DNA of 63,312 nucleotides, counting the filler. It is 4 parts of 4 records of this genome, joined end to end, with 100 filler letters (N's around TTAATTAATTAA, not from the genome) between each part and the next. Parts side by side here need not be neighbours in the genome. Positions count along the whole stretch, not along the records: positions 1 to 31,604 come from SRR2962707_2780; 3 more parts are not named here. One strand, 5' to 3'. Both the position numbers and the translations under genes were made by a program. Every line of letters starts with the position of its first letter. Within the stretch, counting starts at the first letter, position 1. Below, piece by piece: positions 9,708-18,407 of the stretch. The notes under the pieces are model-generated. The model saw nothing but the letters and a program-made list of their open reading frames with translations. It ran no database searches and was not told the DNA's origin.

Positions 9708-10883
9708 TTACTCCACGATGTCAAAGTTGTGCAAATGTTTGTCCGAAATTGTGATGCCCAGTCCCGGAATGTTGTCATCCAGTTGAAGGTATCCATCTAC
9801 CGCATCGGGATCACCCTCAAAGATGTAATAGAACAGCTCGTTGCCGACCTCGACATCATGCACAGGGAAATACTCACTGATTGGGCAGTTAACGTTCGCC
9901 ATCGTCAGATGATAATTGTGCATTTGACCTGCGTGCGGAATGACCGGAATTTGATAGGCTTCGGCAATCGCGTTGATCTTTTGTGCAGCAGTAATTCCAC
10001 CCACGCGGTTGGTGTCATATTGCAGAACACTGACAGCCTTTTTCTCCAGCAACTGCTGGCAACCCATAATCGAGAATTCATGCTCCCCGCCTGAAATTGG
10101 CACAATGCCCATCGCGTTCAGCTCGGCGTAGCCATTCACATCATCGGCAATCACCGGCTCTTCCAGCCAACGTGGCTCGTATTTGGCCAGTTTGGGCAAC
10201 ATCCGTTTGGCGTAATCAAGATTCCAGCCCATGTAGCACTCAAGCATCAGATCAACGTCATAGCCCAACACTTCACGCAGCGCTTCGACTCGCTTGAGGT
10301 TTTCGCGCATGCCTCTCATGCCGTCTTTGGGGCCAAAGCCAAAGCGAGTCTTGAACCCCTGATAGCCGTGTTTTTGCGCCTCTTCCGCTTCCGCTTGCAT
10401 CGATTCAATCGAACCGGAATACAGCTTGGAATAATAGGCCGGAATTTTCTCTTTTGTGCGACCGCCCAACAGTTTGAACACAGGCTTGTTGATCAGTTTG
10501 CCCATCAAGTCCCAGATCGCAATATCAATGGCAGACATCGCTGTCATACCAATGCCCTTGCGGCCCCATGCGTGACTGCGGCGGTACATTTTGTCCCAGA
10601 TATAGGCATAGTCAAATGGGTCTTCGCCAATGACCATCGGAGCGTACCAGTCATCGATCGCCTTTTTCACAACCGTGGGTGCCAGTGCTGCGTTCCCGAT
10701 GCCGATGGTGCCATCATTAGTCTCGACCTCGACGGTCAGCCATTGGTGAAAGCGGAACGATGCCATTGCATCACCACGGTCCCACAGCGTATCTGACGCA
10801 TTGGTGCAAAAATTGCCGGACGGCGGCACGGTTGGGCCTTTCCAGTTCCAGACACGGGTGCGAATTGATTTGATTTTGGTCAT
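9708..10883 (-). CDS. Enolase-superfamily acid-sugar dehydratase (RhmD family), probably L-lyxonate dehydratase
   Basis: [20 protein letters not shown] and DTNRVGGIT; adjacent to KDA dehydratase and KGSADH as in lyxonate operons. Confidence 0.8.
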   Translation of the reverse strand: MTKIKSIRTRVWNWKGPTVPPSGNFCTNASDTLWDRGDAMASFRFHQWLTVEVETNDGTIGIGNAALAPTVVKKAIDDWYAPMVIGEDPFDYAYIWDKMYRRSHAWGRKGIGMTAMSAIDIAIWDLMGKLINKPVFKLLGGRTKEKIPAYYSKLYSGSIESMQAEAEEAQKHGYQGFKTRFGFGPKDGMRGMRENLKRVEALREVLGYDVDLMLECYMGWNLDYAKRMLPKLAKYEPRWLEEPVIADDVNGYAELNAMGIVPISGGEHEFSIMGCQQLLEKKAVSVLQYDTNRVGGITAAQKINAIAEAYQIPVIPHAGQMHNYHLTMANVNCPISEYFPVHDVEVGNELFYYIFEGDPDAVDGYLQLDDNIPGLGITISDKHLHNFDIVE

Positions 10884-10945
10884 AGATCTCTCTCCCTTAG
10901 GCTAGGCCCGTGCCCGCCAATATTGGTGATGTAGCGCAGGTTTTT

Positions 10946-11956
10946 TTAACTTGCGGCGCGGTCTGCGCTATGTGTTTTGGCCATGCGCACAAGCAAATCA
11001 AAAGCTTGGCGTGTGGCGCTTACATTGGCCTTGTTCTGGCCTGCGATATCGAACGCCGTCCCGTGCGCGGGCGTTGCCACCGGAATGGGCAGCCCGCCAG
11101 CAACCGTCACGCCACGCTCAAATCCCAGCAGCTTAATCGCGATCTGGCCCTGATCGTGGTACATCGTGACAACTGCATCCACTTCGCCGCGTTTGGCTTT
11201 CAAAAACACGGTATCCGAAGGCCATGGCCCCGTCACATCCATCTGTTTGGCTTGTGCTTTAGCAATAGCGGGTTCCAGAACATCGATCTCTTCGCGACCA
11301 AACTTGCCATTATCTCCTGCGTGCGGGTTCAAAGCAGCAACAGCAATCGACGGGCGCAATTTACCTGCGCGAAGCAAGGTGTCGTTGGCCAGATTGACGG
11401 CCCGCAAAATACCCTCTTGGGTGATATTAGCCGCTACATCTCTTAATCCGATATGACTGGTGACGCGAGTCGTCATCAGATCGTCCAGCACGTTGATTTC
11501 GCTGTGATAGCCCCCAAAGCCAAGGTAGCGCGCCATGTACTTGTGCTCGTCCTCGGCGTTCAGACCCGCGCTGGTCATTGCGGCCTTGTTAAAGGGGGCG
11601 AAAAGCACGCCGTCAACCAGACCTGCCTGCGCCAAATCCATCGCCTTATCAAGGCAACGCAAGGATGTACGACCACCGGCTTCAGTCACTGTCGCGACTT
11701 GAACTTCTGACGGCGTGATGGTTTCCATCTCAAGATGGTGAAACCCTTCTTGGGTCGCGATGTCCGTTTCGGAAATCCGGTTCAGCGTAACCGGCAAATC
11801 CGCCTGCCCTGCTCCTTGCGCCCATAGATGGCTGTCGCCCACCAGAACGATGTTCGCCGCCTCCATGACGCCGGTATCGTTTAGCAGTTTTGCGACCAGT
11901 TCTGGGCCAATCCCCGAAGGATCTCCCGGCACAATTGCGATGCGTGGCTTGCTCAT
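10946..11956 (-). CDS. PdxA-family protein, probable catabolic decarboxylase (2-carboxy-L-lyxonate decarboxylase-like)
   Basis: GDPSGIGPE, LNPHAG, MYHDQG and HGTAFDIAG; ATGA overlap with the upstream gene. Family is certain; function is inferred from context. Confidence 0.8.
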   Translation of the reverse strand: MSKPRIAIVPGDPSGIGPELVAKLLNDTGVMEAANIVLVGDSHLWAQGAGQADLPVTLNRISETDIATQEGFHHLEMETITPSEVQVATVTEAGGRTSLRCLDKAMDLAQAGLVDGVLFAPFNKAAMTSAGLNAEDEHKYMARYLGFGGYHSEINVLDDLMTTRVTSHIGLRDVAANITQEGILRAVNLANDTLLRAGKLRPSIAVAALNPHAGDNGKFGREEIDVLEPAIAKAQAKQMDVTGPWPSDTVFLKAKRGEVDAVVTMYHDQGQIAIKLLGFERGVTVAGGLPIPVATPAHGTAFDIAGQNKANVSATRQAFDLLVRMAKTHSADRAAS

Positions 11957-12915
11957 GACAACCCCTCCCAATGTTTAGAAAATCCATCCGGCAAGATGAC
12001 CATAACGTCAGGCTCTTTGCCGGTCTCAAAGGTCCGAACCACCTCAAATGTATCAAGACTAAAGCGCTGAACCTGTTCACAATCAATTGCGATATAGGCA
12101 AAGTTTTGCTCTGCATCCAGACACAACGCCAGCGGATTGGCGGGCGTGTCTTGACGGTGCAATTCTTCCCCCGTTGTTTCGTCAAAAACGCTGAAGGAAC
12201 CCCCGTGGTGGTTCATCGTCACCAAGCGATTGCGCTTGGTATCGTGATAGATACGGCAAGGGTCAGTTGGTGTCGGGAAAGACCGAACCACTTCCAGTGA
12301 CTGCATATCAATCAGAGTGACCGTGTTCGATATCCGGTTTGTTGTGTAAAGTATCTTTTCGTCCACACGCATCGCCCTGCCCTCAGGCTTTTCACCTGTT
12401 TTGATCGAGATAGGCGCGATCGCCGTATCGTAGGGCTTGAACATCGTCACATCGCCAGATGTGAGGTTCATGGAATACGCGGTGTCGCCATCAGCGGTCA
12501 GTGCAAAGAGATGCGATTTGGTTCCCCCGGTGGGCGTAATGTGATCCCAACCTTGGTCAAAGGCGCGTGGGTTTTCTTTGACCAGCAAATGCGCAGTCCA
12601 CTCAGAAAGGACGTACAAGCGGCCCTTGGCATCTAACGCAATCCCATGCGGGCGGGCGTGTTCGCCCAAATCATAGGTGTGCGCGATCTCTTGCTTGCGG
12701 ATGTCTATGACGATGACGGACCGTCCGTCAGTGCCCTCAATGCTAGAGTTCTGCACGCCATAGTGACCAACATAGGCATATTCAAAGGCATCATCCACGA
12801 CAAATTCGTGGGGGTAGTCAGGCAGTTGGGTACGGCCCTGACGTGTGCCTGTCTCAATATCGTACCAGCTCACGCAGTGGCTGCATTTTTCGATCAGCAT
12901 CATAGATTGAGCCAA
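11953..12915 (-). CDS. WD40/YVTN-like beta-propeller protein (candidate 2,3-diketo-L-gulonate mutase)
   Basis: Repeated blades (PHEFVVD, PHGIALD, TGEKPEG, TGKEPD); no signal peptide; GAAGGGGA RBS before the TTG at 12915. Confidence 0.7.
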   Translation of the reverse strand: MAQSMMLIEKCSHCVSWYDIETGTRQGRTQLPDYPHEFVVDDAFEYAYVGHYGVQNSSIEGTDGRSVIVIDIRKQEIAHTYDLGEHARPHGIALDAKGRLYVLSEWTAHLLVKENPRAFDQGWDHITPTGGTKSHLFALTADGDTAYSMNLTSGDVTMFKPYDTAIAPISIKTGEKPEGRAMRVDEKILYTTNRISNTVTLIDMQSLEVVRSFPTPTDPCRIYHDTKRNRLVTMNHHGGSFSVFDETTGEELHRQDTPANPLALCLDAEQNFAYIAIDCEQVQRFSLDTFEVVRTFETGKEPDVMVILPDGFSKHWEGLS

Positions 12916-12939
12916 AGGAATCCCCTTCAATAATAAAAT

Positions 12940-12953
12940 TGTGACCGGTCACA
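12940..12953. promoter_or_regulatory. GntR/LacI-type operator
   Basis: Perfect palindrome TGTGACCGGTCACA upstream of the enzyme operon, one base different from the boxes at 6100-6145. Confidence 0.85.
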
Positions 12954-13022
12954 CAAGTAACCACCACCTTCAAACTCGTCAACACAAACAAAGAATTTGG
13001 TGCAAACACACATGGTCAACAG

Positions 13023-13052
13023 TGCATAGCCCAGTCGCGACCGGGCTATGCA
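13023..13052 (-). terminator. Stem-loop downstream of the LuxP-like SBP gene
   Basis: 10-bp inverted repeat TGCATAGCCC...GGGCTATGCA. Confidence 0.65.
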
Positions 13053-13058
13053 ATTGAC

Positions 13059-14198
13059 TTAGCGCTTGAGTGCGCCGACACCTGAGAAGCGGAACGCTTC
13101 TTGTTCGAGCGCGTTCAACTCATCCGCGGACATTTGGTCATGCGCGACAGTGATCCGTCCCAAGAATACCAGTGGCAATTCATCTCCACGGGCTTCCAAA
13201 TCAGCCTTAATTGCTTCGGCTGTTGCAGCACCCACATCATCACCCATCCGCATCGGCGTGGCATCCAGGTCACCACGGCGGATTGCGTCCAGCTCAAGGC
13301 CAGTACCGCCCCAACCTGTAGAGAAGATGTCTTTAGTCTTCTCAGCAGCGACTTGCGCTTCGACACTGCCCATAGCCATCGCTGTGTTGGCATTATGGAT
13401 GATCGTGGCTTCAGGATAGGCTTGGAGAATCAGGCTCGTGCCTTCGTATCCACCTTCGGTCTGGTATTCGCCGTAGTGTTCGTAAGCGACGCTCCAGTTG
13501 CCCTTTTCCATAACGCAGTCTTTGAAATCACCCGAACGTTGGTTGTCGGTGATGCCTGGAATGCCTCGGTTCATCGCCATGGTGACGTCATTGCCCAAAC
13601 GGCCAAGCATGTAGTCACACATGGTCAAGGCGCCTGCGGCTGAAGAGAAGTCAAACCAAGCTGCAGGCTGTGTTGCCAAATACTTGAGTGGCGTGTGGAA
13701 AGCCCAAACATAGGTGCTAAAGCCGTCGTTTCCGGATAGCTTTTCAATGTTATCGCCTTGAATGGCGAGCTCAGATGGTCCGAAGATCACATAGTCGTAC
13801 AGATCTGCGTCTTGCTCGACTTGGTTGGCGTATGTCGCTTGCAAAGAATGCTCGACCTGACGGCTCGCAAACTCGGTTGTCTCATACGCGATACCCAACT
13901 GCTCAAGCCGTTTGGTCATCGCAAGATAGTTGCGGGCCCAAAAGTCTGAGGTATCAGCAGATGGGTAGATCAGAGCAATCTGAACTGGATTATCTAGCGA
14001 ACCGGTGAACGGTACGGCTTCTGCACCAACCGCAGCTTGCAACGCTTCAAGTTTGCCATCTGCGTTAACTTCGCCTGGCAGCCAGTGATCGCGATCCGCA
14101 ATCCCAGCCATTTCTTTGAGTGGCAAATGGCCATCTGCCATCGCCATACCAGCGCAGAGCGCTGTTGTTGTAAGTAAAGTTGTCGTAAAGGCTTTCAT
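13059..14198 (-). CDS. LuxP-like periplasmic binding protein of an ABC transporter
   Basis: Signal peptide; YPSADTSDFWARN, GWGGTGLELDAIRRGDLDATPMRMGDDVGAATAEAIKADLE and AFRFS align with recalled Vibrio LuxP segments. Confidence 0.82.
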   Translation of the reverse strand: MKAFTTTLLTTTALCAGMAMADGHLPLKEMAGIADRDHWLPGEVNADGKLEALQAAVGAEAVPFTGSLDNPVQIALIYPSADTSDFWARNYLAMTKRLEQLGIAYETTEFASRQVEHSLQATYANQVEQDADLYDYVIFGPSELAIQGDNIEKLSGNDGFSTYVWAFHTPLKYLATQPAAWFDFSSAAGALTMCDYMLGRLGNDVTMAMNRGIPGITDNQRSGDFKDCVMEKGNWSVAYEHYGEYQTEGGYEGTSLILQAYPEATIIHNANTAMAMGSVEAQVAAEKTKDIFSTGWGGTGLELDAIRRGDLDATPMRMGDDVGAATAEAIKADLEARGDELPLVFLGRITVAHDQMSADELNALEQEAFRFSGVGALKR

Positions 14199-14281
14199 CG
14201 TGGTTCCTCCCTGTTGATGAAATGGTGGTGTCTATAAGGTGCGCCGAGGATCCTACCTCCCGGCGAACCACTTTTTATCTC

Positions 14282-15409
14282 TTAACCGCTGGGTGTTGGG
14301 TCAACTGCGAACAGCGTACCCAAGACCAGCAGCAGGGCCAAAAGGCCAAGGATGCCTAGAACAAATCGAAGCATTTTTTTGCCTTCAGGTGTGCTCAAAC
14401 CGGACAGCAATCCTTTGGCACCATCGCGGTCTTTCTTTTGCATCCAAGTGTAGAGCGCGACCGAACTCACGATGACGACGCCAGAGGCGACGGATTGCCA
14501 AAAGAACTCGATACGCAAAGTGACCAGCGCGTTGATCATCATCGACAGCAAAAGCACGCCGGCAAATGATCCAATGATGGACGCCCGTCCGCCAAATAGT
14601 GATGTGCCACCCACAACCACGGCCGCGATAACGTGAAGGTTGAAATAGGGGGCTGACGTTGCCTGGACGGCGTTCAATTTGCCGGTCAACATAAGGCCAG
14701 CAAGTGCTGCGGTAGCACCCATTAGAACATACGCGTAGATCTTGTGTCTGTTAACGGAAATCCCGGTCATTTCAGCGGCTTCAGGGTTGGACCCTATGGC
14801 AACCGTGTAGCGGCCAAAGTAGGTCTTTTTCAGCAGCCAATATCCACCGATCATTGTCGCGATCCCGATGACGACAGGAATTGGTAGAAATCCGGGGATT
14901 TGGCCACGGCCAATGTCCGTCAAAAGATCTGGGAACCTTGCCAGAACTAGCCCTTTGGCAAGAACCAAAGCAAAGCCACGATAAACAAGGTCCATCGCCA
15001 AAGTACCAATCAAGTCAGGCACCTTCAGCTTTGTAATAACCAAGCCGTTGATCAGACCCATTGTAGCCCCCAACATGATCGCGATCGGAATAGCGATCCA
15101 GGCAGGAAAGCCATATTGCTTGATCAAAAAGGCCATCACGATAGCACTGAGGGCCGCAATGGAGCCGATCGACAAATCAATGCCGCGCTGCGTGATGACA
15201 AAAGTCATCGCCATTGCCATTGGCATATATAGCGCCGCGTCGATCAAGATCAGCTTCATATTGCTTATGCGGAAATAGCGAGCGGGTTCGACCGCGCCCA
15301 TGAACAAAAGGATGGCGAGGATCATGACCATGGGGCCAATAATTGCCAGATAAGGCTCGATCCGTTCGCCAAAGCTGCGCGGCGGAAGGTTTGTTTTTGT
15401 AGTTGTCAT
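14282..15409 (-). CDS. Sugar ABC transporter permease (RbsC/CUT2 family) with C-terminal extension
   Basis: GIDLSIGS, AIGSNPEAAEMTGI and IAAVVVGGTSLFGG. Confidence 0.93.
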   Translation of the reverse strand: MTTTKTNLPPRSFGERIEPYLAIIGPMVMILAILLFMGAVEPARYFRISNMKLILIDAALYMPMAMAMTFVITQRGIDLSIGSIAALSAIVMAFLIKQYGFPAWIAIPIAIMLGATMGLINGLVITKLKVPDLIGTLAMDLVYRGFALVLAKGLVLARFPDLLTDIGRGQIPGFLPIPVVIGIATMIGGYWLLKKTYFGRYTVAIGSNPEAAEMTGISVNRHKIYAYVLMGATAALAGLMLTGKLNAVQATSAPYFNLHVIAAVVVGGTSLFGGRASIIGSFAGVLLLSMMINALVTLRIEFFWQSVASGVVIVSSVALYTWMQKKDRDGAKGLLSGLSTPEGKKMLRFVLGILGLLALLLVLGTLFAVDPTPSG

Positions 15410-15419
15410 TGTATTTCCC

Positions 15420-16178
15420 TCAGGCTGCTTCTTCAGCGCCAACGATCAGACCAAGCACTTCTTGCTGGCTGCTTTCAGACGTCTTAACGACACCGGCACA
15501 TTGGCCCCGCCGTTGAACATGGACGCGATCAGAAACCTGAAAGACGTCATCCAGCGAGTGACTGATCAGGATAACGGCCAGCCCCTGCGCCTTGAGCGCC
15601 TCGATCAATTTCAAAGTACGTGCTGTTTCTTGTGGGCCGAGGGCGGCCGTTGGCTCGTCCATGACCAGCACCCGAAGCCCTTCGGTATAGACCGCGCGGG
15701 CAATGGCCACGGCCTGGCGTTGTCCGCCAGACAGGCTTTCGGTCGCGGCATCCATGGAACGAAGTGTCACGCCAAGGCGTTCAAACAACACACGTTCGGT
15801 TTCGGATCGCATCTTTTTGTTGTCGAGGACCGGAATGCCAAAAAAGTTCTTGGTCAGCTCATTGCCCAAAAACATATTGGCGGCTGGATCAAGATGATCA
15901 GCCAAAGCAAGCGTTTGATAAACCGCATCGATACCTTTTGCGATGGCATCGGAGTGGTTGGTCATCTCCAGTGTTTCACCCCCAACCATGATCTGGCCTT
16001 CGGATGGTTGATAAACGCCTGTCAAAATTTTGATCAGTGTGGACTTGCCCGCACCGTTATCCCCAACAATTGCGAGAACTTCGCCAGCGTTTGCATCAAG
16101 GTCGACCTCGGATAGCGCGGTAACCCCACCAAATCGTTTTGAAATGTTGCGCATCTTGACCAATGGTTCAGACGACAT
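15420..16178 (-). CDS. Sugar ABC transporter ATP-binding protein (single NBD, CUT2)
   Basis: GDNGAGKST, LSGGQRQAVAIAR and MDEPTAALG. Confidence 0.95.
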   Translation of the reverse strand: MSSEPLVKMRNISKRFGGVTALSEVDLDANAGEVLAIVGDNGAGKSTLIKILTGVYQPSEGQIMVGGETLEMTNHSDAIAKGIDAVYQTLALADHLDPAANMFLGNELTKNFFGIPVLDNKKMRSETERVLFERLGVTLRSMDAATESLSGGQRQAVAIARAVYTEGLRVLVMDEPTAALGPQETARTLKLIEALKAQGLAVILISHSLDDVFQVSDRVHVQRRGQCAGVVKTSESSQQEVLGLIVGAEEAA

Positions 16179-16258
16179 AACGGCACCTTTCTTGAGTTAA
16201 CAAAGCTCCGCCATGCCCGGAAATCCGGAAGATAGAACGCTTTGAAATTTTTAAAAAA

Positions 16259-16289
16259 TGGTGGCGAAGAAAGCCTTCCGACGCCACCA
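16259..16289 (-). terminator. Probable intrinsic terminator after the SBP gene
   Basis: TGGTGGCG...CGCCACCA stem followed by a T-tract on the minus strand. Confidence 0.6.
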
Positions 16290-16305
16290 GTTCAGGGGAG
16301 GTTCC

Positions 16306-17355
16306 TTATTTGCCCCAAATCGCACTATAAGCAGCGCGATATGGTGAATCTGGATCAAACGAATTGCTGTCGCCGAGTTTGGCTAGCCCTTCTTGGGTCA
16401 CCAAGGCCGGTGAGGTGATGTAGCCCGAACAAGCTTCCCCAGAAATCGCTCGGTTCAACTCATCCACAAGCTGCCAACCCTGAAGATTCAAGGGCTCGGC
16501 CACTGTGATTGCTTGGTACTGGGCTGTACGGATCCGCTGGAACGCGGCCTCTGAGCCGTCGCCGGCCGATCCGGCAAGTGGTGCGCCGTCACCTTTGATC
16601 CCAGCGGCGGCGAGGGCAGGGCCCATAAAGTCAAAATACAGGTCATTGATCGCCAAAGCGTGAGTCCAGCTGCTGCCATACTTTTGCAAAAGGCTGGTTG
16701 TCAGTGGCCCCATCCGGCTGGATGTATCTGCAATCGGTGTGTCGACATATTCAAGAACTGTGCCGCCCATCGCTTCGATGGTTTCTTTGATCCGGTCCGC
16801 TTTATCGATCGCAATCTGGTAAGTGGAGTCCGTGAAAATCACCGCGCCAACATTGTCGCCGCCGTCTTCTATGGCCCATTTTGCTGCCACTTCAGAAACG
16901 GTCATCGCGTTTGTAGACACGTTGGCGAAAATGCCACCCGGCGCGTCGCAACCAATTTTGGGGCCAGAGTGCCAAGAAACCATCGGGATGCCAGCGGTCG
17001 ATACGCCTTCCAGCGCAGCTTGCTGTTCTACTGCATCAAAGCCATTGATGATGATGCCATCTGGCTGCAACGCCATGGCCTGACCAATCGCGCCAGTGCG
17101 GCCTTGGATTGAACCCGCGCCGTCCAATACACGAACTTCCCATCCGATCACTGCCGCTGCTTCTTCGATGCCTGTCGTCACACCAAGAATGCCGCCGTTT
17201 TTGAGATCACCCGCCAGGATAACAATTGATTTGCCTTCGGCAGCAGCTGGACCTGATGAGGGTCCGTCAAACGCTGTTTCGGCGAACACTGATGCACCCG
17301 CGCTGACAAGTAACGTCGTCGCAAGAAGCACCTTCATTGTTGTTCGTCGTTGCAT
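16306..17355 (-). CDS. Sugar ABC transporter substrate-binding protein (Peripla_BP_4/RbsB-like)
   Basis: Signal peptide; IGWEVRVLDG, QPDGIIING and LAINDLYF; GGAGG RBS. Confidence 0.9.
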   Translation of the reverse strand: MQRRTTMKVLLATTLLVSAGASVFAETAFDGPSSGPAAAEGKSIVILAGDLKNGGILGVTTGIEEAAAVIGWEVRVLDGAGSIQGRTGAIGQAMALQPDGIIINGFDAVEQQAALEGVSTAGIPMVSWHSGPKIGCDAPGGIFANVSTNAMTVSEVAAKWAIEDGGDNVGAVIFTDSTYQIAIDKADRIKETIEAMGGTVLEYVDTPIADTSSRMGPLTTSLLQKYGSSWTHALAINDLYFDFMGPALAAAGIKGDGAPLAGSAGDGSEAAFQRIRTAQYQAITVAEPLNLQGWQLVDELNRAISGEACSGYITSPALVTQEGLAKLGDSNSFDPDSPYRAAYSAIWGK

Positions 17356-17384
17356 AATATTCCTCCCTATATGCATGTCGTGAA

Positions 17385-18407
17385 TTATGATGATTTCGCG
17401 CCCTTGTTGCGCTGCGCGTAGCCTGCGATCCCGATGGCGATCAGCAAGGTTACGCCATTAAACATTGGCTCAACCCAGAACGATCCGCCGAATTGCTGGA
17501 TGCCCGAGATACCCACCGCAAGCACCGCAACACCGATGATCGTTCCAAAAACGTTGACCCGACCGGGTTTGATGGTGGTCGACCCCAAGAAGGCACCAAC
17601 CAATGCAGGTAGTAGAAACTCTAGGCCCACGCTGGCTTGTCCGATGCGTAGTTTGGATGCCAAGATGACCCCGGCAAGAGCCGTCAAAAAGCCCGAGCTC
17701 ATGAACGCGCCGATGACGTATTTGCGTGTTGGGATGCCGCTCAATTGGGCGGCCTTTTGGTTCGCGCCAATTCCGTAAAGATAGCGACCCATCGGGGTGT
17801 ATTCCAATACGATCCACATGATGATGGTGATGGCCGCCACATAAAACCCAGTGATGGGGAGCCCAAATACAAACGTTCCGTTGATTGCATAAAAGCCGTC
17901 TGGAAGCAGGCCAACCATTTGGCGCCCCCCCGTGTGCCAAAGCGCCAGGGCATAAAGCACAGTGCCGGTGCCCAGTGTCGCGATAAAGCTGTCGATCTGG
18001 GCCACTTCAACCAGAAGGCCGTTCAAGAAACCGGTGAACAAACCCAACGTCAAGACAATACCAACCGCAATTGGCCACGGAATTCCGTAAATTGTCTGCA
18101 AGGAGATTGCGAGGATGTGCCATAAAACAATGCCATACCCGACTGTTAGGTCAATCCGCCCCGCGGCCATCGGGATCATCGCACCCAACGACAGCAACGC
18201 AATGATGGCTTTGTCAGAAATGATCGCGCGCAGGTTCAAAATCGTTGGGAATGTGTTGGGCAACAAGATTGAGAATAAAAGGATCAGCACCCCCGTGATG
18301 ATCACCAAGCCATAGACCGGCAACAGGCGCATCATGCGACCGGCCAAGGTTAGCTTGCTGAGCTCTGCCCGCGTCGGTTCAAGGGCATTAGACTTAAGAG
18401 ATTGCAT
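17385..18407 (-). CDS. Sugar ABC transporter permease (RbsC/CUT2 family)
   Basis: IDLTVG, FIATLG and GANQKAAQLSGI. Confidence 0.93.
   Translation of the reverse strand: MQSLKSNALEPTRAELSKLTLAGRMMRLLPVYGLVIITGVLILLFSILLPNTFPTILNLRAIISDKAIIALLSLGAMIPMAAGRIDLTVGYGIVLWHILAISLQTIYGIPWPIAVGIVLTLGLFTGFLNGLLVEVAQIDSFIATLGTGTVLYALALWHTGGRQMVGLLPDGFYAINGTFVFGLPITGFYVAAITIIMWIVLEYTPMGRYLYGIGANQKAAQLSGIPTRKYVIGAFMSSGFLTALAGVILASKLRIGQASVGLEFLLPALVGAFLGSTTIKPGRVNVFGTIIGVAVLAVGISGIQQFGGSFWVEPMFNGVTLLIAIGIAGYAQRNKGAKSS

Noticed and set aside
10946-11956. pdxA as a vitamin B6 biosynthesis gene
   Set aside because: No pdxJ, surA or rsmA context; it is translationally coupled within a sugar-acid catabolic operon.
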